Shown: positions 38,085 through 51,769, counted from the first letter of the stretch. The stretch is 64,000 nucleotides of DNA from Sminthopsis crassicaudata (GCF_048593235.1 NC_133617.1:726248958-726312957); one strand, 5' to 3'. A program made the numbers and translations. Notes: generated from the sequence alone by a model not told the origin.

Positions 38085-38127
<43 letters not shown>
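38085..38127. repeat. (TG)21 microsatellite
   Basis: Pure TG run. Confidence 0.97.
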
Positions 38128-38129
<2 letters not shown>

Positions 38130-38334
38130 GTTGAAGCCTGAAAATCAGGTAAGAACCAATAAGAAGTTTAGGAGAAAATGATAATTCTAGGTACTGCAAG
38201 TGAACAGCAATTTTTTAATCTACCAAGAGTGAGTCAAGTAGGAGTTAAATGTTTATCTCTTTTTCAGAAATGCAACATTTCAGGCCATGTCTAACCTGTC
38301 TTTTAATTCAGAAGAAGTTATTTCCTCAGTGGAA

Positions 38335-38580
38335 AGGTGGTAGTAGGGAAGTTAATAAAAATGTTAGACAAGGAGCAAGATCTGGCTTCAAATCTTGTCT
38401 CAAACACTTATTAATTATGTGATTCCAGCTTAGGCATTTAACCTTTCTGTGCCTAGAGTTCTCATCAATAAGGGAAGATGAAAATACTAGTCTTTGATTC
38501 ATAGGGTCAATATGGAGATTAAAGGAGATGCTTGTAAAGCACTTTGAAAGCCTTTGAGTCTTGTCTAAATGTTAGTTATT
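38335..38580 (+). mobile_element. MIR-type SINE
   Basis: ggcttcaaatcttgtctcaaacac...tttaacctttctgtgcc...tgtaaagcactttg. Confidence 0.7.
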
Positions 38581-39049
38581 CATAGATGTAGCAATAATTA
38601 GGAGTCACTGACATTTATATATAGTACATTACAATTTAGAGAGCACTTTTCTTAGAATAATCTGTGGAGTCAGTAACGTAAACATTAGTTTTCTTATTTT
38701 CCAGATGAGTAAATGAAATCACAAAGAAATTAGGGGAATTACCTATGATTATACTCATTGATAATAGGCCTACATAGAGTAAAACACTTCTTTTTTTTTT
38801 ATCATCAATCTAATACAACACAATTTGTCATTATTTATACAGAAGTTAGCAGTTTCTGCCTTCATAGAGGGAATCTCTTACTTAGAATCATGCACTGTTA
38901 GGGTTCAAGCATCTTAGAGATGACCTAGTTCAATTTGGTATTTTTCAGTTGGGGACATGGTCACATAGAGAGTAATTGAGATAGAGTTGTAACTCTCAGG
39001 ACATTGTTCCATTCTGCCTCTTCATTATATCTTAGATGTATCTTAAAGG

Positions 39050-39256
39050 CAAGGTTTTGAAAAGGTAACTTGGGAACACCTGAGAGTCCCCAAGATACTT
39101 TCAGGAGTTGTAGGAGATCAAAACTATTTTGACAGTAATAGTAAAGTGCTTTCATCTCCAGCACAGTTAATATCTATACATATAACCCACAAGAGATCAT
39201 AAATAAATTTATAGAGTGTGAAGGGGTCCAGAGATAAAAATATATGAGAACTACTG
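39050..39256 (+). mobile_element. hAT-Charlie MITE (Charlie4z-like)
   Basis: gagtccccaagatactttcagg...gatcaaaactattttgacagtaat...gagtgtgaaggggtccagagataaaaa...gagaactactg. Confidence 0.7.
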
Positions 39257-39739
39257 CTTAAAAATATTTTTTTTTCACTTAGAATCTGTAATAGGCTAAA
39301 GTTGTTCTCCTAACAATATTCTATGAAATCAGGTCTATCACATGATCAGAAAAATGAATAGAGAAACTATTGCTATTTAATTTGGTTCATACTATTGGGA
39401 CATGACATTATAGTAAGTTAAAAAATGCTTGTTATGCCAAGTACAGCTAAATACTCTACAATTTGTTCTTCAAGATAATGCAGTAGAATTAGGGTTGGGT
39501 TAGAGACAGAGGGCCTCGGTTGGAATCCCAGCTTCTCCACTGTGATCATGGGGAAATTATTTTACCTCTTCAACTTGCATTTTCTCAAGATCCAACTTTC
39601 TATATCTATGATCCTAAAATCTTTTTCTCAACATATATTTCAGTGACGTTCTGTCTAAATAACTATAGAACTTCTGAGTGAGAATAGACCTCAGAATCCA
39701 TCAAATTCAATCTATAGCTAAAAAAAAAAAAAAAAAAAA

Positions 39740-40200
39740 AGAATCCCTTTTACAACATATTCAACAATTGGTCATCCAGTCTTCCCTTGAAGATCACTAA
39801 ATAAGAAGAAAACTACCTTCAGAAATAGCCTTTTTCACTGTTGGATATCTCCATTGATAAGTATGTTTCTACCTTCTAACCCTCAATAAGAAGCCAATCT
39901 AAATTCATCAATTAATTAAGTCAAAGCTAAATAGAATACACCTAATTTTTCTTCCAATTATTAGCTCTTCAGACTCTTGAAGATAGTTTTGTTTTTCCCC
40001 TAAGACTTTTTGTTTTTGCAAGGATTCACACCCTCAGTTCCCTTAATTAATTTTCACATAGGAAGAATTTAACACCCTTCACCATCTTGAATGGCCTCCT
40101 CTGGTAATTTTCCTGTCTTCAATGCCCTCCCAAAAATGTTATGCCTCTGGCTAAACATTCTTCCCCAACTGTGTTCTCATCAGCAGTCTTTTGTCTGAGT
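39740..40200 (-). mobile_element. CR1/L3 3' fragment
   Basis: ggtcatccagtcttcccttgaagatc...accatcttgaatggcctcctctgg. Confidence 0.7.
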
Positions 40201-40739
40201 AAATGCAACAGAATCAACATATTTCTATTGAGCTAATACATTTTATCTGAGTCATAATTGACTATGGAAGAAGCATACTCTAACTGAAAAAGTGATGGTT
40301 TGGCTTTCAATCTTAGCTCTCAAAGTTACTATTTTTGCCTATAGCTTCTGTAGACCTCAGTTTTCTCAATATTAAAGTGAGTGAGTTGGGCTGGAAGACC
40401 TCTAAGATGTTCTTCAATTCCAAAGACATGTTTTTACAAGTAAAGGAGGACTTTTGTGGGGGGGAATAGAAGAGGGGCGAGATAGTAGAGAAGTGGGTAT
40501 GAGTAGAAGGACTTGGTGAAAAGTGTTTCAATATTAATTGCTCTCATTCACCCAACTTTCCATCTCACTTTTCTTCACCTATTCAGACTATTTCCCATGC
40601 TTAGAAGATATCCCTTACTCACCACTGTCTCTTAATAATAATATTAACTAAAGTATATAACACTTTAAGTCATATAAAGTGCTTTATTATTATACATAGT
40701 ATTTGAATATTTATTATCATATGCATATACATACACATA

Positions 40740-40994
40740 GGAGCAGCTAGGTGGCACCATAGTGGTTGCAGTGTTGGACCTGGAGTCAGAAAAAATAATC
40801 TTCCTGAAATCAAATCTGACATCATTTACTAGTAGTGTGTTTCTGGGTAAGACACTTAATCCTGTTTACCTCTGTTTCCTCATCTGTAAAATGAGTGGAA
40901 GAAGGAAATAGCAAACTGCCCCACTATCTTTGCCAAGAAAACCCCAAATAAGGTCATGCAGAGTCAGACATGGCGCTCAATATAATAACAACAG

Positions 40995-40995
<1 letters not shown>
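40740..40995 (+). mobile_element. MAR1-like SINE
   Basis: gcagctaggtggcaccatagtgg...tctttgccaagaaaaccccaaataaggtcatgcagagtcagaca. Confidence 0.88.

Positions 40996-40996
<1 letters not shown>

Positions 40997-41060
<64 letters not shown>
40997..41060. repeat. (AT)32 microsatellite
   Basis: Pure AT run at the SINE tail. Confidence 0.97.
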
Positions 41061-41063
<3 letters not shown>

Positions 41064-42639
41064 TGAGTCTTCCTGACTTCAAGCACTAGTAACTTAGCTG
41101 CCATATTTATATGTTGTTTTTTTTATATAATGTAAAGAAACAGTGATTAGTCTGTTTTGGTCTTAGCACCCTCAATAATTAGCAGGCATATAGTAGGTAC
41201 TTAATAAATGCTTGTTGATTGATGCAGTGCTAAAGTTACATGGGGGAAAAATCCAGGAATAATCTCCCTTCCTTCATCCCTCCCCATCCCTAGCGTTTAG
41301 AACCCTGTGACAGGCCTGTCTGCTGGGCCAAAGTTGAAATCATCCTCTTGTGGTGAGCAAGGGTGTCTGTCCTCAAGTCAACCAAATTCTGACATCAGAA
41401 AGAAGTGGTTGCCTTTTTTGGATCCAGTGCCCACTGCTAAAGGCTTAGAGAGGAGGGAAAAGACCTCCATCTCAGCTGAATGACTCTGAGATTGTTTATT
41501 ATCCATTACCCAAGGCAGGAGTCTGTGGGTTAAATTGAGCTAAAATACGGAGTGGCCTTCAAGTAATTCCCCCCCACACACACTTTCTTATATATAAAAC
41601 CCAGTTGAAAATAAGATTTTCATGTCTTAATTGTGACACAGAAAGTGTCTTTTATTCTTAACATGCTTGAGATAGCAAAGTAATTTTGGAGCTGAATATG
41701 ATTGTCTCCGACATTCATGACTCAAATATTTAATCTAAAGGGAAAATTCCCAGAGTGCTTCTCTCATCATTTCTCAGTTCTGTGGAGAATAAAAGCTTCA
41801 ACTTTATATGATCTGATATTATTTCCATTATTGGTATTATGCTGTAGGCAAATATCCTTCACGCGGTAAAAATCTACTTCCCTTGTGATTTCAGTGAGTT
41901 AAGCATCACAAAGGCCCAATCTGTCCTTTACAATACAGGCGGTGAAGACCTTGTAATCTGTGGAGAATTTAATAACAATAATTTTCCTTGATGCCGGTGT
42001 AGCCTTTAAGATTTAATACTAGATTCTTTTAAAACTTAAGAGTATCTCCCCCCCCCCACCTTCCTAAATCAGGTCTTTTCTATTAAGGAATTCAATTTCT
42101 TTTAGGCCAACTGCTATAACAAGTGCTGGCTGTGTGGCCTGGTGGATGTGGGGAGAATTTATGGATTGATTACCTGTGGGAATAGGATGAAGGCAGCTCA
42201 CCTCATATGTGACTACAATCTTCTGGAGTTTTCCCACAATCCATTAGAAAACAATTCTCATATATGGAATCTTATCGAAGAGCCTATAAATAGCTTGTGT
42301 TTCAATGTAACCCTTCCCCCTCCTCCAATCCCCACTTCCCTTACAGATTGCCCCTCAAGTGCTAATGATCTTGTCTCATCTAGGGGTAGTAAATGCGAGT
42401 GATTTGTGCTGGTAACCTGTCATTTGTATTTAAACACCATGGTCATATCTGTGTAATGTGTAATGACACAATTCTTAGTCCTTAAAATATAATACAGTGC
42501 TTGCATATAGTAATCACTTAATAAGTATTCCTACATCTATACTTATCTATCACTGATCTATTAAGAGCATCGATGTATCTTTGTATTTTTATTCATCATT
42601 ATTCTATCATTAATGTATTATATCTGTCATGTTTTCCTT

Positions 42640-42835
42640 TTTTCTTCCTTCTTCTCCTCCTCCCCTCTTCTTCCTCTCTTTCTTCTTCTCTCTCTATGTC
42701 TCTATCTCTGTCTCTGTGTATGTGTCTCTCTGTTTCTCTGTCTCTGTCTCTGAATCTCTCTGTCTCTCTCTGTCTCTCTCTGCTCTGTTTGTCTGTCTGT
42801 CTCTAGCTTTCTCTCTCTATGTCTCTGTCTCTCCT
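42640..42835. repeat. Degenerate (TC/TCTG)n tract
   Basis: Pyrimidine-rich compound microsatellite. Confidence 0.9.
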
Positions 42836-43380
42836 ACCATATTAATGTAGAAATTTAATTTGCCATGGACAGAAATGGCTGAATATTTTGTGATTTCTTG
42901 TTCTGGTTCAACTCAATTCAACTCAATAAGCATTGTGTATTTCCTATGGGTCCAGCACTGTGCAGAGGCCTGAAGATACAAAGATAAATATGAAAGTATT
43001 CTGCTTTGTTTCTAGAGAGCTTAGTTTGAGAGTGGGAAAGGACAGGGAATAACATGCAAGTAGGTGATTGACACAAGGTATGCACAAAAAATAAATGTAT
43101 ATATTTTAGAATTTGGGGGATCATCAATTACTAGACAATTGGAAAAGATTTTGAGATGACTTTTAAATCTGTAATTAAGTTATTTGATATATATATATAT
43201 AAATATATATCTATATATATACATACACATATATGTACATGTAATTATGTGTGTGCAAATATAGAAGCTAAAAAGAAACTTATGATATACTTTGTTCCAG
43301 AGATTTGGTTACAAGATTTTGTAGGCAGAAGTCTGATCCTTCTTCAAATTCAACAATTCCTAATTAACTTTACCTAAATT

Positions 43381-43545
43381 TCTTATTCTTATTCTTTTGT
43401 TGTTGTTGTTGAGGCAATTGGGGCTAAGTGACTTACCCAGAGTCACATAGCCAGGAAGTATTAAATGTCTGAAGCCAGATTTGAACTCAGGTCTCCTGAC
43501 TTCAGGACTGGTGCTTTATCCACTACACCATCTAGGTATCTCCAG
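43381..43545 (-). mobile_element. WSINE1-like SINE with TSD
   Basis: 13-bp TSD ctttacctaaatt at 43368-43380 and 43546-43558. Confidence 0.88.
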
Positions 43546-43639
43546 CTTTACCTAAATTCCAAATCTTACTTTCAGACTTCTCCATTTCCATCAAAGGCCC
43601 CACCATTCTTTCAGACATAAAGGATGATATCTTTGGGGC

Positions 43640-43836
43640 CATGGTGTTTCTCAAAATTTTAAAAATGGAATCATGCTACCCAAAGTTGAGATTGGAAAAT
43701 GGATAGACTACTGGATCTAGGAACTTTGCGTACCTCTTCACATTACAGATCAGTATACCTAGTTGCTCAGCTGCAAAATCATAAGATCTGTCAGAATTTC
43801 AAAGTGGAAGTCACTTCTGAAAATTGAGAAGCCCTG
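43640..43836. mobile_element. hAT-like MITE remnant
   Basis: Imperfect TIRs gtgtttctcaaaattt and aaaattgagaagccctg. Confidence 0.45.
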
Positions 43837-44519
43837 AATTAAATTCTGACCTTCAGTATTTACCTAGACCCTAGACAAGTCATCCTATCTCTATCAGTTT
43901 CCTCATCTGTAAAATGGGAATAATAATAATTTCATTTATATCTTAGGATTGTCATGAAGATAAAATTGGATAATACTTGTGCAGGCTCTATATAAATACT
44001 ATCATTGTTATTATCAACATAATAATACTTATTTTTATCCTCACTTTCTTCATTTACTTTCACTTTATTTATCCAATCACTTTCTAATAACAGTGGATTC
44101 TATTTTCATAGAATCTTTTGAACCCACCATGTCTCCCTATACATATAACTGCCACCAATTTTGCCTAGTCTATTACAATAGCTTCCAAACCTGCACATAA
44201 TCAATTGATTAGTGTTTCTAAAGCACAGGTTTGATGGTATGCTTCCCTATCTCAAGAAACATCAAGAGGTTTCTCATTCCCTTCAGGACCAAATACAAAC
44301 ACTACCACTTGGAGTTTGCTATTTCTGAATTAGACTAATAAAAGAGAAAACACTAAAAATATACGAGCGACAAAATTATTTATTCAGTTATTGGTGCTGA
44401 AAAATGAGAAATGGATAAATGAAAAGACATGGATAAACAAAACATATTTCCTTTTAAAATTTGAATTTATGTGAAAATAATGACTACAAAAAGATGTCAT
44501 TTGAATCTTCTTTCTTGGT

Positions 44520-46550
44520 TACTCTCTAGAATATTATCACCAAATTTCAGATCTCCAAGGTCAAGGAGGAAATATTGAAAGCACCAAGAAAGAAACAATT
44601 CAACAACCATGAAGACACAATCAGGATTACACAAGATTTAACAGCTTCCACGTTAAAAGAATAAAGGGCTTGGAATATGATATTCTGAAAGGCAGAGAGT
44701 TAGGATTACAACTAAGAATAACCTACTCAGCAAAATTGAGTATTTTTCTTCAGGGGAAAGCATTGGATGTTTAATGAAATAAAGGACTTTTAAGTATCCC
44801 TAATGAAAAGACCAGAGATGAATAGGAAATTTGATATTCAAGTATAAGACTGAAGAGAAGTATAAAAAGGCAAATATGAAAGAGTGATAAAAAGAGATTC
44901 AAGTTATACTGTTAACATTCTATATGGACAAGCAACATATATAACCCCTAAGAACTTTTTTATACAAATAAGTTAGAAAGAGACCACATAGACCACACAA
45001 TAAGTGTCAGTCGAGTATATTGAGATGATCTCAAAAATTTCAGGAGTGAGAGAGAGGGGTACACAAAGAAAAAAGAGAAAAGAGAAGTGAATGAAGAACA
45101 TTTTCTACATAAAAGAGACTAGCAAGGAAAATATTTGTAATAGAAGGGAAAATTAGGATGGTGTCAGATAATGCTTAAACCTCTTTCTCGTTATTGGAAT
45201 TGGTTTAAAGTGGGATGAATATACACACATACATTAATTTGGGCATAGAAATCTGTCTTACATAATAGGGAAATAAGAGGGGAACAGAAACAAGGAAGAT
45301 AATAAAATGGAGGACACGTTAAGAAGGCAGTAGTCAGCAGCAAAGCACACTTTTGAGAAGGGACAAGATTTTAAAAGAGTGAAAAGGATGAATAAAAGAA
45401 AATTGAATGGAGGGAAATATACAGTTAGTAATCATAACTGTGAATGGGAATGGGAGGTGCTCACCCATGAAATGGAAGGAGATAGCATAATAGATTAGAT
45501 CAGAATCCAACAATTTGTTTATAAGAGACAAATTTGAAAGCAAGAGACACACAGAGAGTTAAATTAAAGCACTAAAGGAGAATCCGTTTTGGTCCAGGTA
45601 AGTATAAAAAGAAAGCTGGGATAGCAATCATGATCTCAGACAAAGGAAAAGCAAAAATAGACATAATTAAAATAGATAATCAGAGAAACTACATTTTGCT
45701 AAATGAAATAACATTAAAGGATTAACAGATAGTTTCTCTTATAAAGCTCTCATTTCTCAAATATATAGGGAATTGAGACAAATTTATAAAAGTAACAGCC
45801 ATTCTTCAATTGGTAAGTGGTCAAGGGATCTGAACAGACAGTTTTCAGAAGAAATCAAAGCTATCTATATTCAAATAAAAAGCTCTAAATTATTCTTGGT
45901 AAGAAGATGGTAAACCAAAACAGCTCTGAGGTAATACCAATCAGAAATGACAAATGTTAGAGGGGATGATTAAAAATAGGTACACTTGAAACACTGTTGG
46001 TACAGTTGTGAAGGGACCTAACCATTCTGGAAAATAATTAAGAACCATGCCCAAATAGCTATAAAATTGTGCTTTTTGACTCAGAAATACCACTACTAGA
46101 TCTATATCCCAAAGAAATCAGAGAAAAAGGAACATGATCTATATGTATAACAATATGTATAGCCATTCTCTTTGTGGTGACAAAGAATTAAAAAAATTGA
46201 GGGGATATTCATCAATAGGGAAATGGTTGAACAAGTAGTAACAAAAGACACTGATGTAGTATTATTTTGCTATAAAATAATTAAGGAGGTGGTTTCATAA
46301 AAAAACAAAACTAAAAAATATGGAAGGATGTATATGAATTGATGCAAAGTGAAGTGAAAAAAAAAGCAAGAAGATCATTGTGCAAACTAAAAGCAATGTT
46401 GTAAAGATGATCAACTGTGAAAGACTTGGTTACTCTGATCAGTACAATAATCTGAGATAATTTCAAATGACTCATGATGAAAAAATACTATCCACAGTTA
46501 GAAAGAGAAAACTTATGTGATGAATTCTGAGTGTAAATTAAGGGATAATT
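44520..46550 (+). mobile_element. L1 with ORF1 C-terminus, spacer, ORF2 endonuclease start, large internal deletion, ORF2 C-terminus and 3'UTR
   Basis: ORF1 TIRITQDL..ST (44617-44650); EN start IITVN (45432) to NYILL (45688-45702); resumes at (S)DKGLISQIY-like 45735; CCHC region ~45950-46030. Confidence 0.88.
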
Positions 46551-47989
46551 TCCTTTAAAATGGAAAGAATGGGATACTTTTTTTAAAAAGAGAAAAACTT
46601 TAAATCATTCCCAACCCAGATGTCTTTTTTTCTGTTGCTGTAAATTCACACAAAAATGGTCACATTTTGAGGTATCATTAAGGAAAATATTAAAAAGTTA
46701 AAATAAGGCTTTGGAAAATTATTTTGTATAGCAGTTCATATCTTTGCAATTACACAGTTGGCTGAAATGTACAGAGTATACAATTTTGCTCTGTTTCCTC
46801 TTTGTTGATTATTTTTAAAAATGGAAAGCCTTTATCATTGAAGAATAAAAATCTACCTTTAAATCTCTCCAATAGAGCAGGATAAGCTCATATATAATTC
46901 CTTGGTAGGTGCAAAAGTCAAGATAACTTTGTTTATTGAATTCCTGATTATCCATTATCAAGAGAGGCATAAAACTGGAAGACATTGATTGGCAAAAGGC
47001 ATTTGCTACATCATGGAAGATGTATTGAGAAGAGTCCAAGTAGACTAGAGATGCTTTTAAGATCAGGATTTAACCTTGAAGACTATCAATTTAGTTTAAA
47101 TATATATATATATATATGTGCATGTAAATGTATATACATATATAGATACATATATATTCTAACTACTTTCGTATTGTTGGTTTTATTTAAAATTTTAGTA
47201 ATTTTATGTATTCAAAAACATGGTCCATAGAGACCATGGACTAAATTGACAAAAGAAAAGAAAGTTAATGAAGCAAAGTAGAAAGAAGCTTCATAAGATA
47301 ATGAGGATCTCATTTGTATTGTATGAATTATATCATCAACAAGTCAACTTAAATTTTGTAGCTAAAATTGTATATTAATAAGTTTTATACAGATAAATTG
47401 GGAAAATCGTAAAAAAGAATGATCTAACATTCAGAAAGAACAAAAGACTTCTTGTAGAAGATGGGATTTTAGTTATTTTTGAAAAACAGCCAGGGAAGAC
47501 ATGAAAAGCCATGATAAGTAAGAGAACAATTTGGAACTCAAAACTTTAAATGCAAATGTTTAAAAATTAAAAAAAAATATAGCCAGAAATATCAATTCAT
47601 TATGGCAAAAAAGGTATTCAAGGACATGAGAGAAATCAATGTTTAAAAAAATAGATTATGTATAACTATTATCCATATTACAACCTGTCATGATTTTCCA
47701 ACAGCATATCTATATTATCTGTATTATTTCTCTCAACATTCAATAAGTAATAATTAAGCACAGACTTAATAATATAATCATCATCATAATAATCAAGGCA
47801 AGGAAATATAAGGTTTTATTTATTTATTTATTTATTTTCATTTGATAGAGCCCTTATAGGACAAGTGTTGGTTTGCAATGAGAAGGCTCCTGTTAATGTA
47901 TTGGGAGCTAACAGATGATAAAGGACATGTGGTGCCTTTGTCTTTTTATTGCTGTTGTTAAGAGGTTTAATGAACAGAACTTCACTATC

Positions 47990-48360
47990 TTTTTTTATTA
48001 TTAAAACTTTTTATTTACAAAACATATGCATGGGTAATTTTTCAACATTGATCCTTGCAAAACCTTCCATTCCAAATTTTCCCCTCCTCCGCATTCCCTT
48101 CCCTAGATGGCAGGTAGTCTAATACATGTTAAATATGTTAAAATGTGTTAAATTCATTATATGTATACATATTTATACAGTTATCTTGCTGCACAAGAAA
48201 AATTCAATCAAGAAGGAAAAAAAAAGCTCGAGAAAGAAAACAAAATTCAAGCAAACAACAACAAAAAGAGTGAAAATGCTATGTTGTGATCCACACTCAG
48301 TTCCCACAGTCCTCTCTTTGGGTGTAGATGGCTCTCTTCACCACAGAACAAATGGAACTA
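47990..48360 (-). mobile_element. Relatively young L1 3' end (dasyurid-like 3'UTR)
   Basis: ttttatttacaaaacatatgcatgggtaatttttcaacattgatccttgc...ctagatggcaggtagtc...tgttgtgatccacactcagttcccacag. Confidence 0.88.
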
Positions 48361-50769
48361 AGAATCTCACTAACTTTGATAAATAGAAGTAATTGATATT
48401 TCTGTGAGAGCTTTTGTAAAGCTACTATATTTCATATAATTTTGAATCCATGTGCAAAGCACTTGGGCAAGTTATAAAAACACAATAACCTGTAAGACCA
48501 AATTATGACTTTAGTAGTCAACAATCATTCATTAAATCTTCATTTTTTTCAGGGAATATACTAATATACAGTGGGAATATAAAATACAAACACAAAGATA
48601 GTTCCTATCCTCAAGGAACTTACAGTCTAATGAGGGGAAGGAAATATAGGTTACAGAGGTAGAAGAAGGTCCGTTCTCAACTGATTCATATTTCACTCCA
48701 TCCAGAGCTTCCCATCCCAAGCAACTCTTTCATTTTCTCTTATGTATCAAACTATTAGGGAAAGAAAATGAATTCTAACAAGGCAGAGTATGAAGTGGCC
48801 CAAGTGCCACCACACTACTAAAAAAGTATTGCTTTTAAATCTAGTGCTTTAAGAAACTAGTCTAAACAAAACTTATAGAAATAGGGCATTGTCTGATATC
48901 TTTAAAAATGGTATATATTCATGTTATTATGATAGTCTAGGTTAAGGAAAATACCATGCATCATTTCAATAGTATTGAGAATATTTTTAAAAATTTCAAA
49001 ATGTACTTTAAGACACAACTACTAGGAAATTAAATATGAGAAGTTAGAAAAAAAAAGTTCCTTGATGACAGAGATCATATCTTATCTAAATCTTGTCTTC
49101 CTTAACAATTCTGTATACAGGAGAATTAATAAAAGTTTGTTTCATGATTGAATAAAAGTTTTCAAGTAATGAACACATTTCCCCCCTCCCTCTGTTGTGT
49201 AGCTGCTCATTCAAAGAGAAATGCTTATACAATTATTTTGTTTTTAGGGATTTGGGGAAAGGTATTTCTTTTCCCACATACAAAAGCAATGATAAACACA
49301 AATCCTTCAAAAGCTTTTGTTGAAGATTTAAAACAATTAACTAATCAAATGACAGTAATAATGACTATTGTACTCTGTAGGAAGATTGAGACAAGTCTTA
49401 TCAGAACATATAGCAGTTTGTGGATCTAATGACTTGGTAATTTCACATTTCAACTTGGCTCTGTACTGCTCCTTCAGAGTTCATGTGTGCTGACTAGTGA
49501 CAACAGGGCTTTAGCTCATCCTCTCATTTTTGACTGTCTTCACTCTGCAGAAATTTCTCCTTATACCAGTCAACTCTTCCCAGTGGAGGCAGGACTATCA
49601 GACTTGAGCTCATAAGCATGGATATGTTCACCTCTAGATCAGTATTTAGTTTGATTAGACAAAGACTCCCAAATATGAAAGAAATACCCCTCAAATACAG
49701 AATCGGGCTTGGCTGCTAAGGGCATGTCTTTTATTTACCTTGGGTTTTATAACTTTGCTGAGATTGTGAGGAAGGGCAGCCTCTTTTGGGGGACTTTATG
49801 GAGTGTGAAGGAAAAAGCAAAATATTTTGTTTAAAGCATTTAAACTTCAAAATGCCAAGATGGATGAGACTTTGAAGGAAACCCTTGATTCCTTCTCTTT
49901 TGACCATGGTTGCACATGAACTTCATTCTAATGAGATAAATCATTATTATGCTTGGTGCTATTTCAAACCTCTGTCACTAAAAATTTGTTTCAATTCATC
50001 TTTAGAGTAAATTCCTTCATGTGAAAAGTTCCACAGTAAAATGATTAAAAACAGCAACAACAACAATCACGCCTGACCAGTTGTGAATTTTCTTTTTATG
50101 GTGATTGATATGTCCCTGTTGTCAAAAATTCTCATGGACACACTTGTCTGTATGGGAAGGGTTACAAAAGCAAAATAATCTTATAAATTCTGCAAGATAA
50201 TCTAATCAAAATGGAAAAAAATAATAACCCATTTATAAATTATTTTTGACACCACTCTTCAAAAACAATAACACTACCAATAAAAATTCCCTTATAAAGC
50301 AAGATATTTGATATTGACCAGAGAATTGCCATCCAGAAACCAAAGTTCTGTTTGAAAGAGGAATTTATTTTGGGTGCTCTGATAAGCAAACACAGAACAT
50401 ATCAAAATATCTCTGTAAAGTTTGATGGATGGTTTCCATTAGTTAAAGTGAATATGATAATATGTCCTTATCCAAGTATTGTTAACAAGAGAGCTCAATC
50501 AATAAATAACAAGTAGCACATGGGTCACTGGGGAAGGAGGGTTTTCATTGTATATTGTGAAAGGAACAAAAACAAAACAAATACCCACATCATTAAAGGA
50601 ATGACTTGACAAAGAAACTCATGTTTATTAATACTTGAAAACAAGTTAATCTCATTTGACAGAAAACCACTAAATGATTAGACAATCAACCACGTGGACT
50701 ATGGAAAGCTAAGGAAGTTCACTGGGGACTCCAAATCTTGGGCTGTATTATTCCCTCCCCTTTGCTGTC

Positions 50770-51170
50770 AATTTAATTCAACAAACATTTATTAAATTCC
50801 TACTGTGTGCAAGACACTATATTCAGAGCTAGGGATACAAAGACAGAATGATAGTCTGCTCTCAAGAAGCTTACCCTTTTCTAGAAATAAGAATCTGGGA
50901 GAGAGAGGGTAGATAAGTAGAAAAGAGGGAGGGGTTAAGTATTTATTAAACAACCTACTATAAGAGAGACACTGTGCTAAGTGCTGTCTAAATAGTATCT
51001 CATTTGGTCTTCAACAACAATCCTAGGAGATAGATATTATTATTATATTGACTCAAAAACAGTTTAAATGATTTGCCAAGAGTCACATAACTTCTAAGTG
51101 TCTGAGGCCAGATTTGAACTCAGGATTTTTTGACACTAGGAGCAGCCTTCCACCTAGTTGCATTTAGATA
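50770..51170 (-). mobile_element. L2 3' end (50770-50885) followed by MIR (50935-51170)
   Basis: tcaacaaacatttattaaattcctactgtgtgcaag; aagtgtctgaggccagatttgaactcagg. Confidence 0.75.
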
Positions 51171-51769
51171 AGGGGTATAAGTCATTTTTTTTCCTGATGA
51201 CAATCCCTGAAATTAATCCTTGCCTATGTTTTCTAATGGTAATTTATTGACTATTTTCAAAAATGATGAACTCAAAAACTTTTCAAATTCCAAACATTTG
51301 GATGGACAATGATTATTGAAAAGGTGGGTATATGTTAGGATGGCAAAATATACATTAACACACATGGATCAGGAGTGAGAAATGAATAGAGCAATAGATG
51401 GATGTTTGAATGAATGAGAAAATTATTAAGGCTTTAGAATGTGTCAACTACTGTACTTTAAGGGAAAAGACAGGCTATCATGTGCAATATTCCACAGAAG
51501 TCCATGCTTTTCATAATTAAATAATTGATTGAAAGGTGTAGAGTGTTCATATATCTGTTATTATTTTTAGATGTTGACTTTAAAAAGCATTTTATTATGT
51601 AGAGAACAATATTGCTTAAAGAATCTCTTCCATTACGCTCTTTTTAATGTACAGATAAAAATCATAAAAAATCCCTTGAAAGATGTAGATCATTTTGCTT
51701 GAAGGTCCTCTGATAATTAATATCAAGTGAAGCATAAAAATGCAAAGCTATTGACCAATGTTATTCACT

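Noticed and set aside
42573-42850. Ser/Leu-rich ORFs
   Set aside because: Microsatellite translation
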